A stretch of DNA of 64,000 bases from the NCBI GenBank assembly GCA_964016885.1, contig OZ024741.1, positions 320,106,001 through 320,170,000 on the forward strand. Direction: 5' to 3'. Below, piece after piece: positions 28,966-42,895 of the stretch. How positions within the stretch are numbered: position 1 is the first letter of the stretch; the number at the start of each line of letters is the position of its first letter. The notes under the pieces were generated by a model. The model was not told the origin of the DNA and searched no databases. It saw only the letters and a program-made list of their open reading frames with translations. This DNA is from Eledone cirrhosa (Eukaryota). A program made the translations under genes and the position numbers.

Positions 28966-29388
28966 AATAAAGTTAAATAAAAGTCAAATGATTAAAATTT
29001 AGCTTCGTTTATTACTGCTATATATATTTCAGTGACAGCCATCTTTGGCTGTGACCTCTTCAGGCAGTTTGAATTAGTATGGTATAGACAAGTACATATG
29101 TTGTTTAGGTGTATGATATTGTCAATACTCGGATATGCCCAGTTCCTTGTTGGGTTATTAATTCACTGGGGAACTGGTATGACTCCAGTTCCCCAGTGAA
29201 TTAACAACCCAACAAGGAACTGGGCATATCAGAGTATTGACAATATCATACACCTAAACAACATATGTACTTGTCTATACCATACTAATTCAAACTGCCT
29301 GAAGAGGTCACAGCCAAAGATGGCTGTCACTGAAATATATATAGCAGTAATAAACGAAGCTAAATTTTAATCATTTGACTTTTATTTA

Positions 29389-29395
<7 letters not shown>
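28966..29395. mobile_element. Palindrome (arms about 210 bp) with two intact hammerheads; PLE pLTR remnant
   Basis: ACTGC-CTGAAGA-ggtcACAGCCA-aaga-TGGCTGTcact-GAAAT-ATAT-ATA-GCAGT at 29294-29348 (+) and 29014-29068 (-). Confidence 0.85.
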
Positions 29396-29440
<45 letters not shown>

Positions 29441-30750
29441 TGTGTGCGTGTGCGTGAATGTGGACGTGAGGATGTGTATATGTGTGCAGACAACCAGAAA
29501 ATTACTGTAACCTATAAACATTGCACTAGTTTTCGTCGTTGAATGAGAATTGTGTAACAACGATGATGTATATATATGTATGTGACATAAATCTTTCTTT
29601 AAACATGTTTAAAATCTCTCTATTAAAAATTAATCCCTCTCGTGATTCCAGCGAACTAACGGGAGAAGGCCTGCCCTGGAGGATGGCGAGGGTGACACGC
29701 TGAAATACCCACTACAATGGGTGGGGCTTGCTCCTGCAGGTAGTAGTGAAAATAATATTTAATTAACCATTGTGTCAAAGGTTTCCGTATTGTATCTGGT
29801 GTAGCAATTTCCACATTTAATATTTGTTTTCTTTTTTTTTTTGTACTCTAGAATAACTCATTACGACTACGTTTACAATCTAGCAAATTGATCAAACACA
29901 TCTTTATTACAATGTTTTATAAATCACCTCGCTGAATACGGTTTTTAATACAAATTTCCATCGTGTATACGAGCGAAATTGATATGATATGTAAATCTTC
30001 TTTCCCACCGAGAGGAAATATGCGTGAGCTGAATACTTAATTGCATTTAAATTTGAAAATATTAAAAAATAATTTTCGAATGGCTTTCATGTGGATGTTT
30101 TATATTTGCATCTTACTTTTTGATAGTAAAGATAAGTTATTCGAAGTAGTAGGAGGAGGTGAGGTGCAAATCTGACCTTTGCACGTCAGCTCAGACTGAA
30201 GTGATTGATACGGTTTACAATCACGTTTAATATAGTAATTAATTTATCTAATTTTCCAGTAGAATACATATTTTTTCAACCTCCATCATTTTGGGGCAAT
30301 GTATTGAGTTTCAGTCTTTCTTGTTGTTTAACCCGCAAGAAATAAAAGTCAAAATTTGTAAAAGAAAAAAAAAAACGTTCTTATATAAATTTAAGAACAC
30401 GTATACGCGATAGTCAAGTTTGGAATAATTTCGTTGACATGGAACGTTTAAGGAGAACAACAATATATTAGGCCTAGGTTATTTATTAAATGAAATTAGT
30501 GTGAGAATGCTGGAAAATGAGGTTTCTGTTAAGATATCTTTAAATCCACAGATTGGAAATTGACACCATCTAAAAATATGAAAACATTTTTATGGTCCCT
30601 CTGTGAGAGGTCAGCGTATAGCTTCATGGATACACATATCCCTCTTATAATTCGCGGCACCTATATCTCTTTTGATAATAACTTACATCCTTATATCAAA
30701 TAGAAGATTGCCTACTTAATGCCTCAATTGAAGTGGTGCTTAATCTTAAA

Positions 30751-30990
30751 GGGGGTGCAGGCTTAGTGGTAAGGGTGTTGGATTTAAGATCATAGCGTCA
30801 TGGGTTCGATTCCTGGACTGTGTAGTGTGTTGTGTTCTTCAGCAAAAAAACTTATAAATAGCTGAAAATGAGTACCAGCAATATCTGGAGGTTAGAGTTC
30901 ACCCTGCGATGGACTGTTCTCCTGTCTATGGAGGAGTGGTGTACTCTTAGTCGCTTAACGCAACAGATGATGAGCCTCCGGGGTCGAGAC
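30751..30990 (+). mobile_element. Old tRNA-derived SINE of a second family
   Basis: GGCTTAGTGGTAAG A box, GGTTCGATTCC B box, then a GTGTTGTGTTCTT core. Confidence 0.6.
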
Positions 30991-31837
30991 AGATTTTTTA
31001 TCTTAAAGTCCTTTGTTCTAAATTTATTTAATTCTTTCCTTGTTTACCCGATTTATTAGTTTATCTAATTAACAAACACCACTTCTCCATTGTTTCTGAA
31101 TGAAGGCAATGATTACAACGTGCTTTATAAGGCGGATAAATAAGGCTTACAATTTATCAGCTTACCTGAAACGATGTAAAATGATGGATTATTGTTGACA
31201 TTTATTCTCATGTTCTTTCCTTGTTTAAAATAAGTAGAGCACACAAATAGATGACATTGTAACATCTGAGTATACATATCAATATTGCATTCATTTCTAA
31301 CATGGTTAAAGATGCTTCTCTGATTACGCAGATTGACTTAAATACATACATGCATACATACATACATATATGCATGCATGATGGTTGCCCCCTCGTTAAC
31401 AAGTATGGCCATTGCACGATATACCATTATTAATAACTATTAATTAATTATATCGTGCAATGCCTGTGCGCGAAGATTTTCTTTAAAGAGAGGAAAGACT
31501 GTGCACTGAGCCAATCACACTCTCTGAGCGACAGTAGCTATAACCCAAAAATAAGAAAAGATCAACATCATCGGTAACTACTGAGCCGCAGGTTTTATGT
31601 CGGAGTTATCCTAGTTTATTACTGGGTCATCGTGAACCTGTGATAAACAGGCGAAACTTCAAATTAACAAGACTCACGTTTTAGCCTTAATAGAATCGAA
31701 TATTAAAACTATACTTCGGTATTGAGTATTCCTTTCTCTCAACCTTCAACCATATAGGGGTTTAATCTCAACAATTCTTTCTATACAGGTAAGAGTCGTG
31801 TTAATACGCATACACAATGAACGAAGCTATTACAATT

Positions 31838-32605
31838 AATTGTTTCTACGTTAGGCACAAGGCCAGCAAATACCCAGTGTATTACTGGTACTTTATTTTA
31901 TCGACCCCGTAAGGATGAAAGGCAAAGTTAACCTCGGCGGGATTTGAACTCAGAATGGCAAGGGCCGTAACTCTATGCGCCAAAGCATGGCATCCGACAC
32001 TCTACCAATACTGCCAATCCACCGCCTAGCTATTACAATTCACGAAGCTATTACAATTAATGACATGGTATTAAAAATCAAATGCATGTCTTCAGGAGTG
32101 TGGTCGAAGAGATTAATTTATCACATTGACGAGAATATAAGTAAATACTTGTTTCTACTTTTGGCACAAGGCCAGCAAAGACCCAGTACATTACTGGTAC
32201 TTTATTTTATCGACGCCGTAAGAATGAAAGGCAAAGTTAACCTCGGCGGGATTTGAACTCAGATCGTAAAGGGACGTAACTACGCTGGAAAGCATGCCCG
32301 ACCCTCTACCGATACTGCCAATTCACCGCCCCCATAAGTAAATAATTGTTTCTACTTTAGGCACAAGGCCAGTCCATGAGTAAATAATGGTTTCTTATAT
32401 AGGCACAAGGCCAGTAATTTGAGGGGATGGGAAAGTCGATTAAATCGACTCAGTGCGTGACTGGTACTTTATTTTATCGACCCCATAAGGATGAAAGGCA
32501 AAGTTAACCTCGGCGGGATTTGAGCTCAGATCATAAAGAGCCGTAACTCTATGCTGCAAAGCATGGCGTCCGACCCTCTACCGATACTGCCAATCCACAG
32601 CCCCC
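31838..32605 (-). mobile_element. Cluster of three octopod-type SINEs
   Basis: Same consensus as 2862-3395, at about 31838-32025, 32148-32332 and 32388-32605. Confidence 0.85.
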
Positions 32606-32825
32606 ATAAGTAAATAATGAACATTAGCATAGATTATAGGCAAACTTACAAGTGACAAATAGAGCGAAGAAGGATTGTTACGCTTGTGAATACATAATCA
32701 TGGAATAGTCTTTTTGTACAAACATTAATGATATGTAAGTATAGCAGTAGAACCATGTTAAAGAGAGACGAAGAGTGAGAGAGATAGTGTGGGGTGAGTG
32801 AGAGAGAGAGAGGGGACGAGTGAGT

Positions 32826-32856
<31 letters not shown>

Positions 32857-33119
32857 ATCTAAAATCAACAGTGTTCTGGAGTAACTTCTTTGAATTCTGC
32901 ATGACTGTGTGTTAAATGTACAGCTTAAAGTTGTTAAATTATATTACTCACACCAAATTATAGGAAGGTGGGACGCTGAATTCGTTTCAACATGCTCCCT
33001 CCGACACGTCTTGTTACAGTTCTTAACTAATATATACATATAAATGTGACCTGTTTGAAAACGAATTCAGCATCCCATGTTCCTATATATATATATATAT
33101 ATATAATATATATATATAT

Positions 33120-34770
33120 TAGTTTGGAAGTGGATTTAGTTGAAAAGGGGTTGGTAGAATAGTATACCTGGTTTTCGGAAATAAGTTTAAGTATGTTTCC
33201 TTCGGGAATGACAAAGGATTCATGTCTAGAATAAGGTACAACGGATACACTAATTGGACAAAGGATAAACTTGTACGGGTGTTTCGGTTTAAAGTAAATA
33301 TTTCTTACGCTTATTTACCAGGTAATGTTTTCAGGCATGTCGCGGGCATATGAATGGGTGTAAACTACAGCTCGCTCCTGGCGGATTTATATTCATCTTA
33401 CTGTGAATTTGGAAGGGTTAAGGAATCTCAGGAGAATACGCCTAATTAGGCAGTTGGTTGAATGTTGTAGGTGTATTGATGATGTATTTATTTCTAATTA
33501 AAGGCATTTCGAGGTTTTACTACACAAAATCTATCCGAAGAGTATAGAGGCAAGGAAGAATGGATGCGACTTTAGCAAGGTTAATTATTTAGATGTCTCT
33601 GTGGAGAGGAGCGGTGACACGATAGTGACAAAACTCTACAATAAGACTAAGGATTTTAGCTTTCAAGTAGTTTGGATGCCCTTTGGATCGAACTGTAAAC
33701 CAATATTTGTAGAATACAATGTTTTTCTCAAATTATACGTCAAGGTTGGTTAGCCAGAGAAATGTATTTTACGGAAGAAGTTAATAATTTTTTTTTAAAT
33801 ATGGCAGGACAGGATTACGAAGAAAATTTCTAATACGGCATTTTCATCGGTAGCTTGGTGTTGAAAGGGAGATTCTAAGAAAATTCAGAGTTGTTTCAAG
33901 TTTTACAAATGAAAAGTGTATGGCTATGAATATAATTTCATTTTACACTGAATTAATAGAAATTTAATATATTTAAGAAAACCTATGGTTAATTCAAGTT
34001 TGCGATTAATAGACGTATGTCTATGAAATTAATTTAATTTACATTGAGATATAAGAAAAATTAGAATATTTATTTTGAAGTAGTAAAGAAGATAAAGGGA
34101 TATATAATTTAGTTTACGTTGCGGTTGTAGAAATTTAGATTATTCGCATTGAAGTAGTAAATTATGGGGAGATTCCGGCTACTGATATTCGGCCGATATT
34201 TGACCTACTTAGAGGAAATCTAGCATGTTTGTTTTTAAAAAATAAATTCGAGTGATTCCTTCTGCTGATTTTGTTCGATATTTACCGAAATCTCGTGAGT
34301 TAAGTTAGTCGTGGAGCTAGAGAATAGGGAATGCCTAAGGTAATTTTTTCTTTACCTCTTGCTTATTTCTTTGTATATTTCTTACCCTAAAATGATAGAT
34401 AGGTTCTTAAGAGATGGGCGGTAATCTGGTAGGTCTTAATTTTGTTAAATAATTTGGGGGTTGTTACAGTCCTGTTCGGGTTGCCGAATTGGGATAGTGG
34501 GTCGCTGGTTTGTTTAGCAGAACGCGCAAACCACGCATGGCATCTCAAAGAAAATGGTACAGAGTTCTCCATGAAATGGAAGATACTGGGAAAAAAACGC
34601 ACCTTACATTAATGGAGTGAAAGCTTATTATTTTAGTAACACCTAAAAGGGAATATACTTTCACAACTGTCTTCTAAACAAATATTCAAATAAATGGGTG
34701 GATTTCTATAATCGTTGGCCACACGGGCGAAATTTCTTTCTTAAGAAATGGTCTACACCGGATTAAAATT
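33120..34770 (+). mobile_element. Highly degenerate Penelope-like element (RT remnants)
   Basis: GI*MGVNYSSLLADLY near 33345, RCIDDVF near 33468, NYLDV near 33583; many stops. Confidence 0.55.
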
Positions 34771-35098
34771 CGATTTAATCAATGTTACATGCCATATATT
34801 TACATACATACAAGTTATCCCTCTTCTTTTTGTTAAAATTATTTCCGTTACATATTTAGAGTTTAACCCAAGAATTTTTGAATAATCATTTCAGACCTTT
34901 TAGTGTTTCCTACGCTTATCTTTAGAACTCTCCAGGAGTAACTCCATTACAATATGCAGATTTAATGAGTTGGTATTAAACCCAACGAATCTTAAGTGTC
35001 TGCCTTATCCCACTTTTTGAACTGATTATACATAACTCATCCCATGGACTAAGTCCTCTAAACTCTTGAAACAATTACTTTATAAAGTTGTAAATTAT

Positions 35099-35148
<50 letters not shown>

Positions 35149-35559
35149 AAAGAATGAAACGAAATTTCATTTCCCACTCTTAGTACGGCTGATACCTAAA
35201 TATAAGTACAGACGCACAGTAGTATGTATATATATACATACATGCACACATATATATATATGTAGGTATGGGTTTACCGAACATTTATTATAATGTTCGG
35301 TTTGTTTATGTGTACATGTATGTATATATATACTACTGTGCGTCTGTACACATATATGTATGTACGTATACATACTTATATTTAGGTATCAGCCGTACTA
35401 AGCGTGAGAAATGAAATTTCGTTTTATTCTTTTCCATTTATCGTTTTTGGTATGCCCGGCCGACTAACTCAATCGATATGAAAATTAGGCTGCTCAGCCG
35501 TTAATATGCACAAGGAAAGTATATACTTTCAGACGTTCAGCCATCTGACAGAAAGGTAT

Positions 35560-35602
35560 ACGATGCTGACGATAGCTAATAAGCTTGAAACTAGTGCATC
35601 GT
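35560..35602 (+). ncRNA. Hammerhead motif of the same family as 12579, with cleavage triplet GTG (probably inactive)
   Basis: ACGATG-CTGACGA-TAGCTAATAAGCTT-GAAACTAGTG-CATCGT. Confidence 0.55.
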
Positions 35603-35814
35603 TCCTGTGTCAGTGTTGAACAAAAGGGCGACGATGGTTGCCTGAACACTGTACGGCGTAATTCAGGACGTTTGTTTAGAAACAAACGGAACATTATAAT
35701 AAATGTTCGGTAAACCCATACGTACATATATATATGTGTGCATGTATGTGTATATATACATACTACTGTGCGTCTGTACACATATATGTATGTACGTATA
35801 CATACTTATATATA

Positions 35815-37844
35815 TATACACTAAAATGTTGATAGATAAAGTAAAAGAATGAGATGGAAAGCTTTGATTTTCGATGGACATTTTAACACGGACTCTACAG
35901 AATATTTTGATATCAAGTCTCATAAATACCCGCAAAGAGTAAAAGCTATGACCGCTTTTGAACTAGACTTAGTTAATTTAATCAACCAAATCAAATTCCG
36001 TAAGTACTCTAACCCTTTTCAATCTAAATTATCTAACGATATTTCAATATTCAAATCTAAAAATAAGTTCATTTTCTCTGACAAAACTAAAAACTTATAC
36101 GAAGTTAATTATAACTTACATGACTAACTCTTAACAGATAACATCACCTCTAAATACCAAATAGCTGATATAAACATCTATAATACTATTAATAAGGAAG
36201 GTAAAGAATTAGCTAGTTTTTAAAAAATAGACAATAGAACAGAAAATCTTGCTAAACGTAATGCCTATATCACCCTCAAAGATCACAAACCTGATTTTAT
36301 TAATCGTCCTAGTTGTAGATTAATCAACCCTGCTAAGACTGAAATCGGTCTTGCTAGCCAAAAAATATTAAATAATATAAACAAACATATTAGAAGTAAG
36401 TCTGAATTACTCCAATGGATAAATAGCTCTTCCGTAGTACATTGGTTTAATAATATTAAAGATAAAATTAGTTCTAGATTCACCTAATTTGACATTGTAG
36501 ACTTCTACTCGTCTATTACTCACCCTCTTTTAACGAAAGCCTTAAATTTCGCTAGAAGGTTTATCAATATTTCTGATATAGAAGAGAATGTTATTTTTCA
36601 TGCTAGAAACATTTTACAATTTACTAATAATGACACTTGGGTAAAATAATGTAACCCAGAGAACCCATTCGATGTCTCAATGGGTTCTTTTGACAGTGCT
36701 GACGTATGTGATTTAGTAGACCTATTCCTCCTACACACACTTAAAGAGAAATTTCCTAACCATACCTTTGGGCTTTATCGCGACGATGGTCTAATACTTT
36801 CCCATACCTCTATAGGCCATAACTTAGATAGATTCAGGAAAGACTTAATAAAAACCTTCGCTAGTTTTAATCTTAAAATTACTATTGACACTAACCTTTC
36901 TAATGTTAATTTTCTAGATATAAACCTAGATCTGCCTACTGCTTCTTATAAACCGTACCATAAACCTAATGAAAATTTAAAATATATAAATAAAGGCTCA
37001 TGCCATCCTCCTATAGTTTTTAAAAATCTTATCCCTAATATTAGCCGTAGGATGTGCACCTTCTCTTCCTCAGTAGTTATTTTCAATAAGGCATCCCCCT
37101 ACTATAATAAAGCCCTTCAAAATAGCGGATTTAGCGAACCGATTAAGTACATACCCAACAATACTAACTCCTTTAAACATAATAATAGGAAAAGAAAAAT
37201 AATTTGGTTCACACCCCCTACTCTTTAGCAGTTAAAACTAATGTAGGCAAAAAATTCCTAGAGCTCTTAGATAAACATTTCCCTAGAACACATATATACG
37301 ATAAGATCGTCAATAGAAACTGTGTCAAAATCAACTACTCCTGCGGTCCCCCTATTAAATCTTATATCCTCAATAAGAAAATACCAAGAGAACCTGAAAA
37401 TTGCTCCTGTAGAGTCAAAGTGAATGCCCATTACAAGGTAAATGCAACACCAAAGCCATTGTAAATGCGGCTAAAGTGACAACCATCAGCAACAACCTAC
37501 CAGCCACCAGAGAACGATATGTGGGTATGACACAAGATAAATTCAAAACGAGTTATTACTCACATGTCGCATCTTTCCCACATCCTGAAAAAAGATTTAC
37601 AACAGCTCTGGCTAGCAGAATATGGGATTTGAAAGACCAAGGTATCCAATATAAATTAGATTGGTCAATTTTGAACCAATCTAAAGAATATGCAAGAGGA
37701 ATAAGAAGATGCGCACTCTGCATAAGTGAAAAATATTGGATTTTACAGAACCTTAAATCACCAAAAACCTGCCTAAATGCAAAAAACAGAAATTTTTACC
37801 AGTTGCCCACACATAAAATGGCACTTGCTTTCCAGCTCATATAA
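35815..37844 (+). mobile_element. Near full-length degenerate Naiad-like Penelope element (RT + GIY-YIG)
   Basis: SDKTKNLY, CRLINPAK, FDIVDFY, MGSFDSADVCDLV, GLYRDDGL, NFLD, WFTPP, CSC..CPL, YVGMT..FK, CALC.SEK; several stops and frameshifts. Confidence 0.9.
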
Positions 37845-38375
37845 ACTTATAACACTTTCAGCTACTTATCCTCCATAAACTCTTCTTCTTCACTTTCCTT
37901 AAATTACCCTCTTTACAGACTTCTCTTTCTGATTTACTTTTATTTTTATTTTTAACTTTATTTTTACTTCACACCCACCAGTGACCCCCCCACCCCCCAC
38001 ACACCCTGCTTTTTTATTCACTTAATTTATATCTTCACCATTTTACATATTTTACTTCCCCCTTTTCTTTTACTACCTGATGTCACTTGTCACTTGCGTT
38101 TTCAACTGCAGATATATTCTGTTGTCCCGCAGCTGCTTTTATGTATGTTTACTTGCGTATAATTTGTACTCATTTATTAATACGGCTGGTTTTTATATTG
38201 TATCTATACGTGTGAGTGTGTATGTGTGTGTATACGTGTCTGTATATGTGTACGAATGCATTCGTATGTGCGCGTGTATGTGTATATGTGTGTGTGTATG
38301 TGTGTTTTTATATCTATGTTTTTTACATACTTATGTATATGTGTGTGTGTATATGTGTATATATATATGTGTGCA

Positions 38376-38413
<38 letters not shown>

Positions 38414-38417
<4 letters not shown>

Positions 38418-40736
38418 AAAGTTTTATTTAAAATTGTTGGGTTACAACAAGTAAATATTTTATAACTGATATAAAGCACTCGACAAGTTTTTGGAGTAGA
38501 TATACGATATTAAACAAATGGAAACTATATTTATAAAACCATATTTATTTCATTATACATATTTCAGGGATACCATATTAAAAATATGGCTGTCCGTTAA
38601 ATAACAATTGCTTAGCTAAAAATGTAGTGTACAATTGTAATGTTAAAACTAACTTAAATTCTTTCAACTATGTTGGTTCCACCTCGACAGAATTTAAACT
38701 TCGCTTCAATAATCATAAGAATTCTTTCACAGATCCAAGCAAAAAATCCTCAACTTCGCTATCAAGCCTACTCTGGCAACTTAAACGAGATAATGTTAAG
38801 TATTCGATGTTTTGGAATATTGTCTCAAAAGGGATTCCTTTTAATTCCTCATCAGAGACATGTGATCACTGTGTGGAGGAAATATTCTTTATATTAAAGT
38901 CCAAAAATTCCCTTAATTTAAGGAGCAATTTATTCAGTTGCTGCAGACATAGATTGAACTCCACGTTTAAATATAAATATAAATTTAAAATGTAGTATAA
39001 TTAATTACGAAATTTAGTTAATATATGAAACCTGACGATAAATCATTTGATTCCTTCACCTTTTTTTTTTAAACCTTCTTCCTAAATATAAACAAAGACA
39101 TAATAAACTACTCTAAAATGTATATGCTCCCAATGTATTAAATAAATTTTACGCAAGATAAATTTCTATACTAAATATAAGGGCATCCGTAGAATCACTG
39201 GGTCTTCTAAATCTTTTAAATAATTTTTGCTTTTTATTTGTTTTTTGACTCTGATAGCTTCTAATAACTTTGTAATATCTTGTTTGAAATATAGGTAGGA
39301 TAGATTTCTATAATAAATATATGAAGCATATTGTTTTGGGCCTGAGATACTCTATAGTGTGTTAAAAGTATTTTAATGTTTTGATGCTTCTGTGCTAATA
39401 TATTGATATTTGATTATTTCTATACAAAGGCCATCTGTGTGTATTAACATGCATATAAAAGGTATATAGAGTTTATTTATGTGTTCATATGTCTGTATAT
39501 ATGCGTAAAGATGCTGGAAAACTCACGCAGATATTTTATATATGTATGGTTTCTGTATATGTTACAGATATGCATAATATTAAATACATGAACAGTAATC
39601 ATATATGTGAGGACATGAATATTAATCGTATATTTTATGTATATATACAGTGAAATTTTTATAACACAAGAAATTTTTATAACACAAGAAATTATAGAAG
39701 TGATCAGGTGAAGTCATTTGTATGTCTATATTATTGACTAGAGTTAGACATAATTTTCTCTTTTTTCTTTTTTCAGAACGTACTTATGCGTGTATTTATA
39801 TATGCATATATGTATCCGTATTTTTTTAAATAGGGTAATTTTTTGAAGGTTTTAACTCAGATTTGGTATATTGACCTCAGAGTTTTAAACTAAACATATG
39901 GTCATTATTGAACAATGTTATTTTCTCATATTATATATCTATGTCTCATTCATGAATATTGATATTTGCATTTTTATTATCCATTTCATATGAATTGATA
40001 ATTCAACTTGATATGACATGACGTAAAGATGTAACTGTATCCTTCTCTCTCTATATAGTACTTCCTCTCTCTTGAGTTTCTCTATATGTGTGATGAATTA
40101 TTATTTCTCTGTTGCTTTCGTTTGCCTCTCTTATTTCTTTCTTGTTTCTTTTTCACTTCCTCCTATCTATTTATATTTTCTCTCCCTCCTTCTTTTCCTC
40201 TCCCCTCTCTCTCTCCGTTTTTTTCTTTCTCTCCGTCTTTTTTCCTAACTGTGCTTAACACTATAACTAAATAATTATTATCCTTCTCTCTCTATATAGT
40301 ACTTCCTCTCTCTTGAGTTTCTCTATCTGTATGATGAATTATTATCTCCCTGTTGCTTTCGTTTGCCTCTCTTATTTCTTTCTTGTTTTTTTTTCACTTC
40401 CTTCTATCTATTTATATATATATTTTTTCTCTCTCTCCTTCTTTTCCTCTCCCCTTTCTCTCTCTGTTTTTCTTTACCTCCGTTTTTTCTTTCTCTCCGT
40501 CTTCTTTCTAACTGTGCTTAACACTATAACTAAATAATTATAAACAAATCACTATCCAGACAGCTTCCAAATATAATGGTCGCTTATAATAGGGTACGTC
40601 AAAATTATTTATAAAACTGTTTATATATTGTATTTTATCTGACGAAGGCATGCCATATTTTTAATATGGTATCCCTGAAATATGTATAATGAAATAAATA
40701 TGGTTTTATAAATATAGTTTCCATTTGTTTAATATC

Positions 40737-40740
<4 letters not shown>
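38414..40740 (+). mobile_element. 5'-truncated PLE: inverted pLTR + GIY-YIG fragment + 3' region + pLTR with hammerhead
   Basis: CPLNNNCL..VYNC..YVGST..FKLRFNNHK..CDHC..E..CRH (38591-38995); 38502-38590 is the reverse complement of about 40647-40740; hammerhead at 40633-40694; (TA)n on both sides. Confidence 0.8.
40037..40540. repeat. Tandem duplication of about 240 bp, pyrimidine-rich
   Basis: TATCCTTCTCTCTCTATATAGTACTTCC...CACTATAACTAAATAATTAT occurs twice. Confidence 0.8.
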
Positions 40741-40792
<52 letters not shown>

Positions 40793-41547
40793 TCGCGTGC
40801 GTGTGATTAGATGTACATGTATGTATATATATGTGCTTCGTGTGTATGTATGCGTGCTTTTGTATGTATGTACGCATGTATGTGCTTTTGTCTGTACGTA
40901 TTTATATATATATTTATATATATATATATATGTGTATGTACGAACTTATGTATGTTTTTTTATTTTTTCTAGTGTTACTTTATAATTGATAACCCCTCCA
41001 TCTTACTTTCTCTTTGATTTAATTTTTTATTCTCATATATTTTTCATTTTCATTTTCATATTTTATATTTTTTTATATATCGACCTTCAGCCTGACACTG
41101 CTTTGACTGATACACTCCATTCCCTGTATATATCACATACATGTATGTGGTTGCGTGTGTGTGTGTGTTTATACGCGTGCTTTCATACTTGAATGTGTAT
41201 ATATTTCAACCCTTAGTCCCTGAGTCTTATTGAACATTAACTCTATTATCTTACAATTTCTTTTTTCAACATATATTATATACGTATTTGTGGTCACACA
41301 TACACTAATATGCTTGCCCTCATGTATGTACTTACGCACACATTTTTTCACTATACACATGCATTTGTACATACACACATATGTACATTTGTAGGTGCAT
41401 ATTCACACATTTATACACATACCCTTACTATATTTCCTTATTTTATTTTTATATATCTCTTGCATTACCTTTATTTATATATTTTTGGGGCCCGTTAAAC
41501 TTTTGCCTTTCTTGAGGAGATTTTTCAAATATTTCACTATGTTTTAA

Positions 41548-41623
41548 ATTGCCTTGTCTGACGAACGAATGAGGACGTTTCTTGTATTCGTCTTATTCGG
41601 GAAACCTCTGGTAATGAGGTAAT
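41548..41623 (+). ncRNA. Type I hammerhead ribozyme
   Basis: ATTGCCTTGT-CTGACGA-aCGAATGAGGACG..CGTCTTATTCGg-GAAAC-CTCTG-GTA-ATGAGGTAAT. Confidence 0.7.
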
Positions 41624-42010
41624 TATATTGTATTGTTTATTATACATTAAATTTAGCTCTGTAACTTACATAGAGCACTCTTCACTCCTATGACCTTTTC
41701 AATTTTCAACGGAAACTTCAATACACACACACACACATATATATATGTTTGTAAAAGGTAAACAGAAATAACAACACAATCAGTACATTATATGGAAGGG
41801 ATATATTAGGTTAACGCTTGATATAGCAGGAAGAGGGTCTTAACGTTTCGAACGCTAGTCCTTCACCATAAATAACCCATTTACGTGTGTTATATTGAAG
41901 CGAATAACTTTGTGTCTACTCTGTGATTTTTACATAACCTTACCTATTGAGTACGCTGAGATGCAACCGGTACTGGCAGTGAAACTTATGCTCGTCCCGT
42001 CAATTTTTTG

Positions 42011-42094
<84 letters not shown>

Positions 42095-42537
42095 CAATGT
42101 ATACGTATTCATATGCATATATAAAACAATCTGTATGTATATGAAACATAGTGTATAGGGACAGTTTACTTTGTAGAATAATATATAAAATAATGACTGC
42201 CCCTCATTGTTTTGAGCTGATTTAGACAGTTTTTGGCTACTATTTCTAACATCGATATAAACCCGTCGTATTGTCCTGATACTTTGAGTAGAAAACTTTC
42301 TTACAGTATTTTAAAGTTGCATCATGTTGCTGTCCCTTGTGGTTTATAAGCGGTATGGTTATATGATATATATTCAGCTAGTCCTTTTGGGTAGATATAT
42401 TCATACGACAATTCAATACAACACATTGTTCACATATATGATCTAGAAGTGAATTGGTATGTATGATATTTTTTCTACTTGTCCCATATTCCTATGAAGA
42501 ATTCGCCTCCTGATAATAAAACTTCAATTCATCCAGC

Positions 42538-42586
<49 letters not shown>

Positions 42587-42895
42587 TGGTACATACATAC
42601 ATATGCATGTCTGTGTGTAAAGAGAGAGATAGGGAGAGAGATGTATACCCAATTACTCATGCAAATTAAGCAAGTAAAAAGAGAGAGAGAGAGAGATAGC
42701 AACAATAAAAATGAGGCAGGAACAGAAGTATAAACAATATAAAAAATGTTTTAAATCACCATTTATTTAATCCAAATCGATTTACAAAGGATTACTCAAA
42801 GATAGATAAATTGATAGTTAGATAAAATATAAAGACGCCTGTGTTTGTCTTGATATGAGGTATCTTTACAGTTGATCTGGCGGTGTTTGTTTATT

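Noticed and set aside
31158-31190. Minus-strand TTTCAG|GTAAG resembling a recursive splice site
   Set aside because: Single short motif outside any supported intron; expected by chance.
35815-37844. Selenocysteine recoding, reported for some Naiad PLEs
   Set aside because: The conserved Cys positions I read use TGC/TGT; the stops and frameshifts look like ordinary decay.
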